64,000 bases of DNA from Candidatus Latescibacterota bacterium (lineage in GTDB: Bacteria > Latescibacterota > UBA2968). The stretch is taken from assembly GCA_965204745.1 (NCBI GenBank), contig OZ242010.1, positions 4,416,001 to 4,480,000 of the forward strand, written 5' to 3'. The notes under the pieces are model-generated. The model was not told the DNA's origin. It did no database searches and worked only from the letters and a program-made list of their open reading frames with translations. Of the stretch, positions 30,901-38,401 are shown piece after piece. The position numbers and the translations under genes were made by a program. Position 1 is the first letter of the stretch. The number at the start of each line of letters is the position of its first letter.

Positions 30901-33265
30901 CATCGGCGGGCTAATCGGATCCTCTACTACAGGTAGCACAACCAATAGTTACTGGGACACCTCCACCAGCACCCGTGCCACCAGCGGGGGCGGCGGCACG
31001 GGCAAGACCACCAGTGAGCTCCAGAGCCAGACCACCTACGGTGCCACCAGCGACGACACCTACTACAACTGGAACGCCAACCTCGACGGACAAGCCGGCA
31101 ACGACGATCCGTGGACCTTTGGCAAGACGGATCAGTATCCGGTGTTGAAGTATGCCGGCATGGATACCACCGTGCAATTTCAGCTCCAACCCGCGGTAGT
31201 GATGTTGACCCTGATGCCCTCGACGATCTCGGAAAACAGTGGGGTTTCGACGGTGACCGCGACGCTGGCACACCCATTGAGCGCGGCAACGACGATCACA
31301 GTGCGTCCGGTGGCGGATGCCTACACGGTGGGGTCGGATTCGACGATCACCATCGCGGCCGGGAGCACGGCGAACGCGACGGATACCGTGGTCATTACAG
31401 CGGTGAACAACACCCAAGACGCGCCTAATCGCGACGTGACCGTGTCCGTTGTGGCACGCAACGCCCAAGGCGTGGGCAGTGTGACCGAGGCGACCTTGAC
31501 GCTGGAGGACGATGACGCCGCGCCGGACGTGACACTAATGCTGTCGCCCGCGTCCATCTCGGAGAACGGCGGTGTCTCGACGGTGACTGCGACGCTGTCT
31601 CATGCGTCAAGCGCGGCGACAACGATCACGGTGCGCCCGGTGGCGAATGCTTATACCGTAGGGTCGGATTCGACGATCACCATCGCGGCCGGGGATACGA
31701 CGAACGCGGCGGACACAGTAGAGATCACGGCGGTGGACAACACCCAAGACGCGCCTAATCGCAATGTGACCGTGTCCGGTGTAGCGAACAACGACCAAGG
31801 CGCGGGCAGTGTGACCGGCGCGGCTTTGACGATCACAGACGATGACGCGGCCCCGGACGTGACGATGATGGTGGCACCGGCGTTGATTTCTGAAGCTGGC
31901 GCGGTTTCGACCGTGACAGCGACCCTCTCGCACCCATCGAGCGCGGCGACGACGATCACGGTTTCAGCGTCGGCTGTGTCGCCTGCGGTTCCTGGCGATT
32001 TCACGCTATCGGGCGCGAACACGCTGACCGTCGCGGCGGGCGCGACGACGAGCACGGGCACCGTGACGATCACGACGGTGGACAACAGCATGTCTTCGGG
32101 GAACAAGACGGTGACCGTGTCGGCGAGCACGGTGGGCAACAGCATAGGCACGGGATCGGTCACTGCTACGACGCTGACGATTATCGATGACGAAGTGGCA
32201 CAGGTGACGTTGGTTTTGTCTCCGGCGTCGATTTCTGAGGCAGGCGCGGTTTCAACAGTAACGGCAACGCTAGATCGCACCGTGACCGCGGCGACGACGA
32301 TCACGGTTTCAGCGATGGCTGTGTCGCCTGCGGTTGCGGGCGATTTCACGCTATCGCCCACGAACACGCTGACCGTCGCGGCGAGTGTGACGACGAGCAC
32401 GGGCACCGTGACGATCACAGCGGTGAATAATACGACCGATGCACCGGACAAGCGCGTGACCGTGGCTGCAACGGTGGCGGGTGGCAATGGGGCGTCGCTA
32501 TCGTCTGCCGTGACCCTGACGATCACAGACGATGACGAAGCGCCGACCGTGACGTTGGTGCTCACCCCCTCGTCCATCTCGGAAAACGGCGAGGTTTCCA
32601 CGGTGAGCGCGACCCTATCGCATCCATCGAGCGCGGTCACGACGATCACGGTCTCTGCTACGCCTGTGTCCCCTGCGACTGCGAGCGACTTCACGCTATC
32701 GAGTGCAGACACCCTGATCATCGCGGTGACGACCACAACGAGCACGGGCACCGTGACGATCACCGCAGAGGACAACAACGACCAGGCAGACGAGAAGACG
32801 GTCACGGTGTCTGCAACCGCAAACAACGCCCAAGGCATCACCGCACCCTCACCCGTGACCCTGACCTTGACCGATGACGACGCACCGAGTGCCAACTTGG
32901 ATGTGGATGGCGATGGCCGGGTGAGATTGTTCTCGGATATAATCCTGGTCATTCGATATGTCCTCTTCTTCCGGAACGAGGCCCTCCTCAGAGGGAACGT
33001 CATCGAGCCAACTGCCACGCGCACGACCGCTCAAGAAATTGAACCCTACCTCGACACGTTGGTCAATCAGAACATTCTCGATGTGGATGGCGATGGCGAT
33101 GTGAGGCTGTTCTCGGATATAATCCTGATCATTCGATATGTCCTCTTCTTCCGGAACGAGGCCCTCCTCAGAGGGAACGTCATCGAGCAACAGGCTACGC
33201 GCACGACCGCTCAAGCCATTGAACCCTACATCCGAAGCCTCTATCCCGACTCCCACTTCCAATGA
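21968..33265 (+). CDS. Giant secreted adhesin-like protein (~3765 aa): five EF-hand/GLUG modules, about a dozen Fn3 domains, T/V/S-rich Ig-like repeats and two C-terminal dockerin-like repeats
   Basis: Signal peptide ending AFA-Q; repeated YD.DGDGLIDI, VGGLVG, GYKVQWKSG and TTYTVRVIAT motifs; C-terminal LDVDGDG.VRLFSDIIL.IRY twice. Confidence 0.92.
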   Translation: MTPRYAHLLALIVLVMLVASGPAFAQSTVDYDLDNDGYIDVANLAQLNAIRHDLNGNGDATHADYLAAFPSRDTTTTGRMGCLSGTCTGYELTASLDFDSDRDGDVDANDHGGAYWNNGAGWVPIGSNSSRYSGDFKGNGYTINNLFISRGGTNYIGLFGVSASGARLETLGITNANVRGQQLVGILVGRNYGTIVACYTTGKAQGDAFIGGIVGTSSATISTSYSTAYVSGTNSLGGLVAYSYGGTVENSYSTGRVSGSYSVGGLMGFIYYLNSPRVTASYWDTQTSNQSNSVAGTGQTTTALQGPTGYTGIYANWNANLDGQTGNDNPWTFGKTDQYPVLKYAGMDTTVQYNLQPPGIPTSVTVTPQRDTLDVRWRAASYATGYKVQWKAGMQSYAASRQATVADTLHQIPNLIGGTTYTVRVIATKTGARDGMPSAEQTGVPAALGSPTVMVAAKVDTLTVTWNAVPNAAGYKVQWKSGSATYPTSDRALATHGQATIAGGSTTIHKISGLTVGTTYTVQVIATSTNTNVADSTPSEEVIVLLALGSPTGVEVSAKVDTSTVTWNAVPLATGYKVQWKSGAETYPTADEESATRGQATIAGGGTTIHKISGLTAGTTYTVQVIATHTTTAGNSAPSQEVMVTAATTKPTNVRVTPGPGQLIVAWTEATGATGYKVQWKSGQQTYNTSDRQTTVSGMSTTTYTIENLTFGTTYTVRVTATMAGGTDSDPSDEVIGTPQRINYDRDGDGLIDIKTLAQLHAIRWDLNGDGVVADNDTMNYNAAFPSRDITSNVRMGCPSGTCTGYELLNNLNFDENGDDQITSADATYWNNGDGWLPIGTNAARYTGDFKGNGYTIDNLTINRPSLTEVGLFGNADTASRIESVGVTNASVAGGEYAAALVGALRGTVVACYSTGNVSATTRVAGGLVGWTPNAITSSYSTASVSGPEHVGGLLGASQGGSVTNSYSTGTVTGTGSSPLVGGLIGSGTGGTASYWDTQTSGCTSGGNNGCTTSAGGGGVTGLTTSELISPTTYGATSNDTYYGWNANLDGQPGNDDPWTFGATDQYPVLKYAGMDTTAQFQLQPARVMLTLMPSSISESGGMSTVTATLAHPLSAATTITVRPVADAYTVGSDSTITIATGSTANASDTVVITAVDNTQDAPNRDVDMSVVAGNAQGAGSVTEATLTLEDDDPAPTATLAASPASISENGAVSTITASLSRPSSAATTITVRPVAGAYTVGSDTTITIAAGDTINASDTVVITSVDNPQDAPNRDVTVSGVMSNTQGAGSVTGAALTLTDDDAAPDVTLALMPSSISENSGVSTVTATLSHSSSAATTITVRPVAGAYTVAATDSTITIAAGQTANASDTVVITAVNNDIDAMDNEVMVQADVENDHGAGTVQAVTLTITDDMGTPQAINYDSDGDGLIDIKTLAQLHAIRWDLNGDGVVADSDTTNYNAAFPGRDTTSSGRMGCPSGTCTGYELMNNLNFDENGDGEITSADATYWNSNAGWLPIGTYTGTFKGNNKTISNLYINRGGTVSNLGIVSGGQDDVGLFGRVSGNISGLGLKNVNVRGKNRVGGLVGEQVGGRILGCYVTGRVEGTGHHVGGLVGNSSGNNTIIAASYADAEVSGGLIHEGVGGLVGKLYATVIASYAIGPVTGRSRVGGLVGLLVISPSSVSTSYATGTVTGQVSSLLGGLIGRAQSQSVSHSYWDRESSGLSSSARGTGQTTSALQSETDYDGIYANWNVDVDGRSGNDDPWTFGAADQYPVLKYAGMDTTAQFAMQPPGIPTSVTVTGQTDTLDMRWTAASYATGYKVQWKSGMQSYDASRQATTTETRHKISNLTAGTTYTVRVIATKTGARDGRPSAEQTGVPTTTLGSPTVMVAATVDTLTVTWNVVPNATGYKVQWKSGSETYPNADLETSATRGQATIAGGNTAIHKISGLTAGTTYTVRVIATSTNIHVVDSAPSAEQTGISVLGSPTGVEVSATADTLTVTWNAVSNATGYKVQWKSGSETYPNADLASALRGQATIADGRTATYDISGLTTGTTYTIRVIATRTNVADSAPSEEVTGVPVLGSPTGVEVSAKVDTLTVTWNVVPNATGYKVQWKSGSETYPNADLASALRGQATIADGSATTHKISGLTAGTTYTIRVIATRTNVADSAPSEEVMVTSATNKPTNVRVTPGIAQLIVRWTEATGATGYKVQWKSGGQSYNTSDRQETVSGGSTTTYTIENLTIGTTYTVRVLATLAGGTDSTPSDEVMGTPPGINYDSDGDGLIDIKTLAQLHAIRWDLNGDGAIDASVSTSDTTAYNAAFPNRDTTSNVRMGCPSGTCTGYELMANLNFDENDDGEITSADATYWNGNAGWQPIGTYTGTFKGNNKTIFNLYINRGGTVSNLGISGGQDDVGLFGRVSGNISGLGLKNVNVRGKNRVGGLVGEQVGGRILGCYVTGRVEGTGHHVGGLVGHSSGNNTIIAASYANADVSGGLLHEGVGGLVGRLYATVIASYAIGPVTGRSRVGGLVGRLDISHSSVSTSYATGTVTGNNQTSTFLGGLIGRAQSQSVSHSYWDRQSSGLSSSARGTGQTTSALQSETDYNGIYANWNVDVDGRSGNDEPWTFGAADQYPVLKYAGMDTAAQFAMQPPGIPTSVTVTPQPSALDVRWTAASYATGYKVQWKAGGQNYDASRQATTTETRRKISNLAVGTTYTVRVIATKTGASDGRPSSEVAGTITIMNYDSDGDGLIDIKTLAQLHAIRHDLNGDGVVADSDTMTYNAAFPERNTTSNGRMGCPSGICTGYELVASLDFDSDSDGDVDANDHAGAYWNSGTGWSPIGNNSVRYTSDFKGNGHTINHLFISRSNTDNVGLFGGIHSTSRIETLGIINANVTGRGYSGILAGRSYGTVVACYTTGAVQGGDSVGGLVGYQNQNSAVINSSYSTASVSGASYVGGLVGRKFGNVTNSYSTGRVSGTGGNIGGLIGSSTTGSTTNSYWDTSTSTRATSGGGGTGKTTSELQSQTTYGATSDDTYYNWNANLDGQAGNDDPWTFGKTDQYPVLKYAGMDTTVQFQLQPAVVMLTLMPSTISENSGVSTVTATLAHPLSAATTITVRPVADAYTVGSDSTITIAAGSTANATDTVVITAVNNTQDAPNRDVTVSVVARNAQGVGSVTEATLTLEDDDAAPDVTLMLSPASISENGGVSTVTATLSHASSAATTITVRPVANAYTVGSDSTITIAAGDTTNAADTVEITAVDNTQDAPNRNVTVSGVANNDQGAGSVTGAALTITDDDAAPDVTMMVAPALISEAGAVSTVTATLSHPSSAATTITVSASAVSPAVPGDFTLSGANTLTVAAGATTSTGTVTITTVDNSMSSGNKTVTVSASTVGNSIGTGSVTATTLTIIDDEVAQVTLVLSPASISEAGAVSTVTATLDRTVTAATTITVSAMAVSPAVAGDFTLSPTNTLTVAASVTTSTGTVTITAVNNTTDAPDKRVTVAATVAGGNGASLSSAVTLTITDDDEAPTVTLVLTPSSISENGEVSTVSATLSHPSSAVTTITVSATPVSPATASDFTLSSADTLIIAVTTTTSTGTVTITAEDNNDQADEKTVTVSATANNAQGITAPSPVTLTLTDDDAPSANLDVDGDGRVRLFSDIILVIRYVLFFRNEALLRGNVIEPTATRTTAQEIEPYLDTLVNQNILDVDGDGDVRLFSDIILIIRYVLFFRNEALLRGNVIEQQATRTTAQAIEPYIRSLYPDSHFQ

Positions 33266-33462
33266 AAGCCTGTTCCCTGACCGCCACAGATGAAGATGGC
33301 GATAGCAATGCGAATTTCACCGATTTCTTGACCTTTGCCAGCAAGTTCGGCTCGCGACTCGGTCAGGAGCGATATGACGCCCGGTGCGATCTCAATGGCG
33401 ATGGCGAGATTGGATTCGACGATTGCTTCATCTCCGCCGCCGGCTTTGGCTCATCAGGCTGA
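33262..33462 (+). pseudogene. Free-standing, degenerate dockerin-like/EF-hand domain
   Basis: DGDSNANFTDFLTFASKFG...YDARCDLNGDGEIGFDD; ATGA overlap with the giant gene stop; no signal peptide. Confidence 0.6.
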
Positions 33463-33485
33463 ACGACGAAAGATGCAAACAAACA

Positions 33486-33520
33486 AAAGCCCGGGTTCAC
33501 AGTGAACTCGGGCTTTACTT
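33486..33520 (+). terminator. Hairpin/terminator after giant gene 2
   Basis: AAAGCCCGGGTTCAC-A-GTGAACTCGGGCTTT; related hairpins at 37881-37912 and 39232-39268. Confidence 0.6.
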
Positions 33521-33652
33521 CTTGGGACAGGCACGGGGGCCTGTCCCTACGGATGATGGCGACAGGGAACGATGAAGCGGCGGCAGAGCGGTGGGGCGGT
33601 CTCGCCTCTTACTTCTCGCCTCTTACTTCTCGCCTCTTACTTGGGGCTGATC

Positions 33653-35236
33653 TCAATACCCCACGGCCATGCCGTCTTTGCGCGGGTCCGAGGCGGCGCA
33701 GTAGGTCGTGTCGTCGAGTTTGTAAATGAGTTGGCCGCCGCCATAGCCGATTTGGGGTGGGATGTGAATGGCGTGACCGCGGGCGTGGAGATCGTCCAAA
33801 GTGTCGGAGGCGACGCCGGGTTCGATGCCCACATTTGTCCCGCCCAGAACCTGCCAGCGGGGTGCGTCGCAAGCTACTTGGGGATTTTGACCGTAAGCGA
33901 AAATCCGAATCATCATCTGCGCGTGGCCTTGGGGTTGCATGTGCCCGCCCATGACGCCGAAGGACATCACGGGTTGGCTTGCGCGGGTCGCAAAGGCCGG
34001 GATGATGGTGTGATAGGGCCGCTTGCCGCCATCTACGAGATTGGGATGATCGGGGTCGAGGACAAAGCCCGCGCCGCGATTTTGCATGCTGATCCCGGTG
34101 TCGGGAATGACGATGCCAGAGCCGAATCCCATGAAATTGGACTGAATAAAGGAGACCATCATGCCCTGTTCGTCTGCGGTGGTGAGGTACACGGTGTCGC
34201 TGTGGGGCGTGCCAAATGTGGGGGATTGGGCGCGTTGCAAGTCGATCAACCGGGCGCGTTGGGCCAAATAGGCGGGGTCGAGCAGGTGCGCGTATTCGAT
34301 GTCCCGCGTATTGGGGTCAGAGACGTAGCGGTGGGCGTCGGCGTACGCCAATTTCATGGCTTCGATTTGAAGGTGCAAGCTGTCTGCCGAGTCGACGGGG
34401 TACTGGGGCAAATCCCAGTTGTCGAGGATGCCCAATGCGATCAGCGCGGCGATGCCCTGACCGTTGGGGGGAATTTCGTGCAAGGTGTGGTGCTGAAAAT
34501 CGATGGCCATGGTATCGACCCAATCGGCGCGGTGTTCGGCGAGGTCTTCTTCGGTCATTGCGCCGCCGGTGTTTTTCGCATGGGCCGCGATTTTTTCCGC
34601 GAGGTCGCCCCGGTAAAAAGCGTCCCCCTCGGTTTCTGCAATGCGCTCTAAGGTGCGCGCTTGGGCCTCGCAGGTGAAGGTGTCGCCGATGTCGGGGGCG
34701 CGACCCTGCGGCGCGAATGTCGCCATCCAATCGGGCATGTCGCGGTACGTGCGCGCAGCACTCGCCCAACCGCGCCCGGTGATGGGCGAGACCGCAAAGC
34801 CATTGCGGCCGTAGTAAATCGCGGGTTCAAACAGGGTTTCAAAGGGCAAGTTGCCAAAACGCCGTGACACTTCGACCCACGCAGAAACACAGCCGGGCAC
34901 GGTGACAGCGTCCCAACCGCGCTGCGGCATGCGGTCATACGCGGCAAATCGTTCGGGGCACCACGCCTTTGGGGAACGCCCGGATGCGTTGAGCCCGTGC
35001 AGTTGTTCTCCGTCCCACAAGATGCAAAAGGCATCGCTGCCAATGCCGTTGCTGGTGGGTTCGACGACGCAAAGCGCGATGGCCGTGGCCAGGGCCGCGT
35101 CTGCGGCATTGCCGCCTTTGTACAACATGCTAAGCCCGGCTTGCGCGGCGAGCGGTTGCGATGTGGCGACCACGTTGCGCGCCATCACGGGCATGCGTTG
35201 GGAGGGATATGGAAAAGACCATGACAGATTGGACAT
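33653..35236 (-). CDS. Gamma-glutamyltransferase-family Ntn hydrolase
   Basis: GGNAADAA, EPTSNGIGSD, nucleophile region SDTVY, KRPYHTIIP, GVMGG, SDPRKDG. Confidence 0.92.
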   Translation of the reverse strand: MSNLSWSFPYPSQRMPVMARNVVATSQPLAAQAGLSMLYKGGNAADAALATAIALCVVEPTSNGIGSDAFCILWDGEQLHGLNASGRSPKAWCPERFAAYDRMPQRGWDAVTVPGCVSAWVEVSRRFGNLPFETLFEPAIYYGRNGFAVSPITGRGWASAARTYRDMPDWMATFAPQGRAPDIGDTFTCEAQARTLERIAETEGDAFYRGDLAEKIAAHAKNTGGAMTEEDLAEHRADWVDTMAIDFQHHTLHEIPPNGQGIAALIALGILDNWDLPQYPVDSADSLHLQIEAMKLAYADAHRYVSDPNTRDIEYAHLLDPAYLAQRARLIDLQRAQSPTFGTPHSDTVYLTTADEQGMMVSFIQSNFMGFGSGIVIPDTGISMQNRGAGFVLDPDHPNLVDGGKRPYHTIIPAFATRASQPVMSFGVMGGHMQPQGHAQMMIRIFAYGQNPQVACDAPRWQVLGGTNVGIEPGVASDTLDDLHARGHAIHIPPQIGYGGGQLIYKLDDTTYCAASDPRKDGMAVGY

Positions 35237-35330
35237 GGGATTGCATCTCCTTAAAAATTCTTAAAAGCCCCTCTCCGAGACGGGGAGATGTTCTGCCACC
35301 ATTTCTCGTCGAGAGACGTTGGGGTAAGTA

Positions 35331-35801
35331 TCAGTTCAGGGTGATTTCTTCGAGTTGTTCCGCGACTTGGGTCATCAACTCGTCGTTGTCGATGGGTGCG
35401 CGCAGGGGTTCGGTGAAGTTGAGGCGATACCCATTGGGGTCTATCACGATGACCTCGCGTGCGTTCCACGGGCGGTTGTGCGGGCCGGAGAGCTGGCTGT
35501 TGCCATCGCATCTGACCCGGTCGGCAATCGCGTCAACCGATTCGCGCAGCACGGTAAAATTGAGGGTGACGCCCGCGCCTTTGATCGTCGGCATCACGGC
35601 GTTCGGCCCTTCTTCCATCAAGATCACATCCGCGTGCGGTGCCCAGCGCAAGTGCGACATGATGGGGTCGCCATTGGCGCCGGGCATTTGCGAAATCAAG
35701 GCAAAGCCGAGGGTATCGCAATACCAACGTGTGGCGATGTTGAGGTCATTGACCATCAGCGTTGTATAGGACGGCATCTGGTAGTCGAGATCGCGTGCCA
35801 C
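35331..35801 (-). CDS. VOC/glyoxalase/bleomycin-resistance family protein
   Basis: TTLMVNDL.....WY...LGF and PWNAREV.V.DPNGYRL motifs. Confidence 0.85.
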   Translation of the reverse strand: MARDLDYQMPSYTTLMVNDLNIATRWYCDTLGFALISQMPGANGDPIMSHLRWAPHADVILMEEGPNAVMPTIKGAGVTLNFTVLRESVDAIADRVRCDGNSQLSGPHNRPWNAREVIVIDPNGYRLNFTEPLRAPIDNDELMTQVAEQLEEITLN

Positions 35802-35879
35802 CTGCGTGTCCTTTCTCCCGTGTGGGATTGAATGTCGTGATGGTGGGCGGGCTGATCGCCGATTGCTAACTGCTGATCT

Positions 35880-35917
35880 AAAAAAACAAAACCCGCCGAA
35901 ATTGCTTCAGCGGGTTG
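35880..35917 (-). terminator. Intrinsic terminator upstream of the VOC gene (attenuator candidate)
   Basis: Minus strand AACCCGCTGAAGCAATTTCGGCGGGTT followed by TTGTTTTTTT. Confidence 0.75.
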
Positions 35918-35940
35918 GTGTGGAAAGACGGTTTTTGCAT

Positions 35941-36126
35941 TCATGTCTTTGTCATAAGAACCCGCCAGCATGTCTTCATGGCGATGCCATGATCCGTGCA
36001 GACCGCGAGATTCAGCCCACTGCTCGGGCACGCATCGACACGGATAAACGACATCTGTGCATGAGAACTGCCATCACAGCGATAGGCCAGTTGTGGGCAA
36101 TGATTCTGGTGGGTTGGTGAAATCAT
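35941..36126 (-). CDS. Putative 61-aa leader peptide
   Basis: ORF MISPTHQ...KTCWRVLMTKT lies between a promoter and the terminator; the RBS is weak. Confidence 0.4.
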   Translation of the reverse strand: MISPTHQNHCPQLAYRCDGSSHAQMSFIRVDACPSSGLNLAVCTDHGIAMKTCWRVLMTKT

Positions 36127-36162
36127 GTCACAGTTCCATTTGTGTCGACGAACGGACGCACA

Positions 36163-36190
36163 AAATATAGCGGACATTTGCCAAAGTCAA
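36163..36190 (-). promoter_or_regulatory. Sigma70-like promoter
   Basis: TTGACT and TATATT at near-canonical spacing on the minus strand. Confidence 0.6.
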
Positions 36191-36218
36191 GCGGGTTTTT
36201 TGGAAAAATTTCATCATT

Positions 36219-36312
36219 ATGAGATATTGGTTGACTTTGCGCTCAAATTTGCGAGATTAGATAGAGACTTCTGCTTGAGACCATGACTTGGACAGAAATC
36301 TGTTATTCCCGT
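36219..36312 (+). repeat. Repeat R copy A preceding a TA cassette
   Basis: 94 bp, three mismatches to 37171-37264; its core also occurs at 38314-38349. Confidence 0.9.
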
Positions 36313-36395
36313 GGTTGGTATTACGCTACCCAATGCGCGCACGCGCTTCTGTGCGGATGGGGGGATGAGCAGGATTAATCCGAATGGAGGCATTG

Positions 36396-36605
36396 ATGGA
36401 CTACAAAGTACCACTTGTTCTGACACCGCAACCCGAAGGAGGGTACACTGTGACCTCTCCCTTGTTGCCCGAGTTGGTCACTGAAGGCGATTCGATCTCC
36501 CAAGCGGTAGAGAACGTCCAAGACGCACTGGCTACGGTCATTGAACTGTATGAAGACATCGGCCGCCCATTGCCTCAAAATACCCAGATAGGGATGAGCA
36601 CTTGA
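36396..36605 (+). CDS. hicB: Short HicB-family antitoxin (no hicA seen)
   Basis: YKVPLVLTPQPEGGYTVTSPLLPELVTEGDS; GGAGG RBS. Confidence 0.8.
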   Translation: MDYKVPLVLTPQPEGGYTVTSPLLPELVTEGDSISQAVENVQDALATVIELYEDIGRPLPQNTQIGMST

Positions 36606-36880
36606 TACTAAATTTTAGGCATCGCGGGTTGCGCCGACTCTATGAAACAGACGACTCGCGCGGTGTAAATCCAGACCATGCAGAAAAACTGAAGAATATT
36701 CTGGCGCGGCTTGAAGTGGCTGAAAGTCCAATGGATATGAATTTACCCGGTTTTCGTTTACACCCGCTCAGAGGAAATCGGGCCGGTTTATGGGCTGTTG
36801 TGGTGCGTGCAAACTGGCGCGTCACCTTCCGCTTTGAAAAGACAGATGTCGCCGATGTCAATTATGAAGATTATCATTAA
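36602..36880 (+). CDS. higB: HigB (RelE-superfamily, plasmid-killer type) toxin
   Basis: FRHRGL...PGFRLHPLRG...WAVVVRANWRVTFRF...YEDYH. Confidence 0.9.
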   Translation: MILNFRHRGLRRLYETDDSRGVNPDHAEKLKNILARLEVAESPMDMNLPGFRLHPLRGNRAGLWAVVVRANWRVTFRFEKTDVADVNYEDYH

Positions 36881-36892
36881 AAGGAGCATCCT

Positions 36893-37174
36893 ATGCCGAT
36901 GAAGAATCCTCCGCACCCCGGTAAACTCGTCCTTGAAGAGTGTCTTGAGCCGCTTGGCCTGTCCATTACAGAAGCTGCCGTGGGCTTGGGCATCACCCGC
37001 ACGAGTTTGTCCCGGCTGATTCACGGGCACACGGATATTTCTGCGGAAATGGCCGTGCGTCTGTCCAAGGCATTCGGCGGCAGTGCGGAAAGTTGGTTGC
37101 GCCAACAAATGAACTACGACTTGGCACAGATTCAGAATACCTGTGCCGGTGAAACAGGTAGCGACTCAGGATGA
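36893..37174 (+). CDS. higA: HigA antitoxin (HTH); C-terminal tail supplied by repeat R
   Basis: MKNPPHPG...[24 protein letters not shown]. Confidence 0.9.
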   Translation: MPMKNPPHPGKLVLEECLEPLGLSITEAAVGLGITRTSLSRLIHGHTDISAEMAVRLSKAFGGSAESWLRQQMNYDLAQIQNTCAGETGSDSG

Positions 37175-37264
37175 GATATTGGTTGACTTTGCGTCCAAAT
37201 TTGCGAGATTAGATAGAAACTTCTGCTTGAGACCATGACTTGGACAGAAATCTGTTATTCCCGT
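37137..37264 (+). repeat. Repeat R copy B
   Basis: Its 5' part matches 38280-38349 and its 3' part matches 36219-36312. Confidence 0.9.
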
Positions 37265-37281
37265 TGTGTACTTGGATTTTT

Positions 37282-37650
37282 ATGACCCAAAATCCTACGC
37301 TCTGCGTCGTCTTTTTTCGCACTGACACGGGAAATGAACCTGTGCGAGAATGGCTCAAAGGGCTTGCAAAAGAAGACAAAAAGACAATTGGTGAAGATAT
37401 AAAATTGGTGCAGTTTGGTTGGCCCTTGGGCATGCCACTCGTTCGGAAACTGAGAGGCGTTCAAGACCTATGGGAAGTTCGCAGTAACCTCAGCGATAGG
37501 CGGATTGCGCGGATTTTGTTTAGCGTAGAAGGTAGCGATATGGTACTTCTGCACGGCTTTTTCAAGAAGAGCCGAAGGACGCCGAAATCCGCTTTGAAGT
37601 TGGCACAAGATCGAAAAAATCTATGGCAAAGGGGAGACGACCATGAATAA
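37282..37650 (+). CDS. RelE/ParE-superfamily (Gp49-like) toxin
   Basis: FFRT..GNEPVREWL, GWPLGMPLVRK, LWEVRS, LLHGFFKKS. Confidence 0.88.
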   Translation: MTQNPTLCVVFFRTDTGNEPVREWLKGLAKEDKKTIGEDIKLVQFGWPLGMPLVRKLRGVQDLWEVRSNLSDRRIARILFSVEGSDMVLLHGFFKKSRRTPKSALKLAQDRKNLWQRGDDHE

Positions 37651-37861
37651 GTATCGCGGTAGCAATTTTGATGACTTTCTCAAAGAGGAAGGCATGCTTG
37701 AAGACGTATCTGAACGCGCACAAAAGCGACTGGAGGCATTACGAGTTGAAGATGCGCCCGCTGGCTCCAGCAACGGGTTTTTGCAATGGCTCAAGCAATT
37801 TGTCAATCGCCGCTTCCCTATTTCTTCTGACGCCCGGCGAGAAACCGCCTCGCCTCGATAA
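37643..37861 (+). CDS. Antitoxin N-terminus lacking the usual HTH (truncated/chimeric)
   Basis: MNKYRGSNFDDFLKEEG start, followed by unrelated sequence ending ISSDARR. Confidence 0.6.
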   Translation: MNKYRGSNFDDFLKEEGMLEDVSERAQKRLEALRVEDAPAGSSNGFLQWLKQFVNRRFPISSDARRETASPR

Positions 37862-37946
37862 CGATTCCTTCCAAAAATTGAAGCCCGAGTTCCTTGCGAA
37901 CCCGGGCTTTTTCTGTTCTTCAAAAGAACCGCCGCGTCATTCTCTT

Positions 37947-38162
37947 TCAGGTGAAAAATGTAATTTTGACCAGCAGGCCCAGTGCGATTACCACCCCCGC
38001 TCGAATCCACGCAACCGTGCGTCCCAAAGCATTGAGTTCTCGGCGCACCTCTCGCAATTCAGCCTCAACCGCGGATAGCCGCGTGCGAATTTCCTCAATG
38101 ATACCCTCAAGTTTCGAAATCCGTTCCCGCGCTTCGTGATCGATGGATCTTTCATCGGTCAT
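37947..38162 (-). CDS. Small coiled-coil protein with C-terminal TM helix (XhlA/DUF1640-like)
   Basis: RISKLEGIIEEIR...GLLVKITFFT; paralog of 45890-46135. Confidence 0.75.
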   Translation of the reverse strand: MTDERSIDHEARERISKLEGIIEEIRTRLSAVEAELREVRRELNALGRTVAWIRAGVVIALGLLVKITFFT

Positions 38163-38279
38163 TCATTCACCCCCTTTATCTGACAACGCAACAACCTCCT
38201 CTGATAACATACGCCCAAAATTCAAAAACATTTTTTAATATAGACACATTGCTGGCCGATTCTGTTTAAAAAAATCCGC

Positions 38280-38349
38280 ATACCTGTGCCTGTGAAACAG
38301 ATCGCGGATCAGGATGAGATATTGGTTGACTTTGCGCTCAAATTTGCGA
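38280..38349 (+). repeat. Repeat R copy C
   Basis: ATACCTGTGCC.GTGAAACAG...GGATGAGATATTGGTTGACTTTGCGCTCAAATTTGCGA. Confidence 0.88.
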
Positions 38350-38401
38350 AATTAAACACGGGAGGGATTCGAGAATTTCACTTGAGAAACAACTACCCGC
38401 A

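Noticed and set aside
31651-33024. 457-aa minus-strand ORF
   Set aside because: Antisense shadow of the Ig-like repeats of giant gene 2.
21968-33265. Diversity-generating retroelement acting on the adhesin repeats
   Set aside because: No reverse transcriptase in the window, and differences between repeats do not look adenine-specific on inspection.
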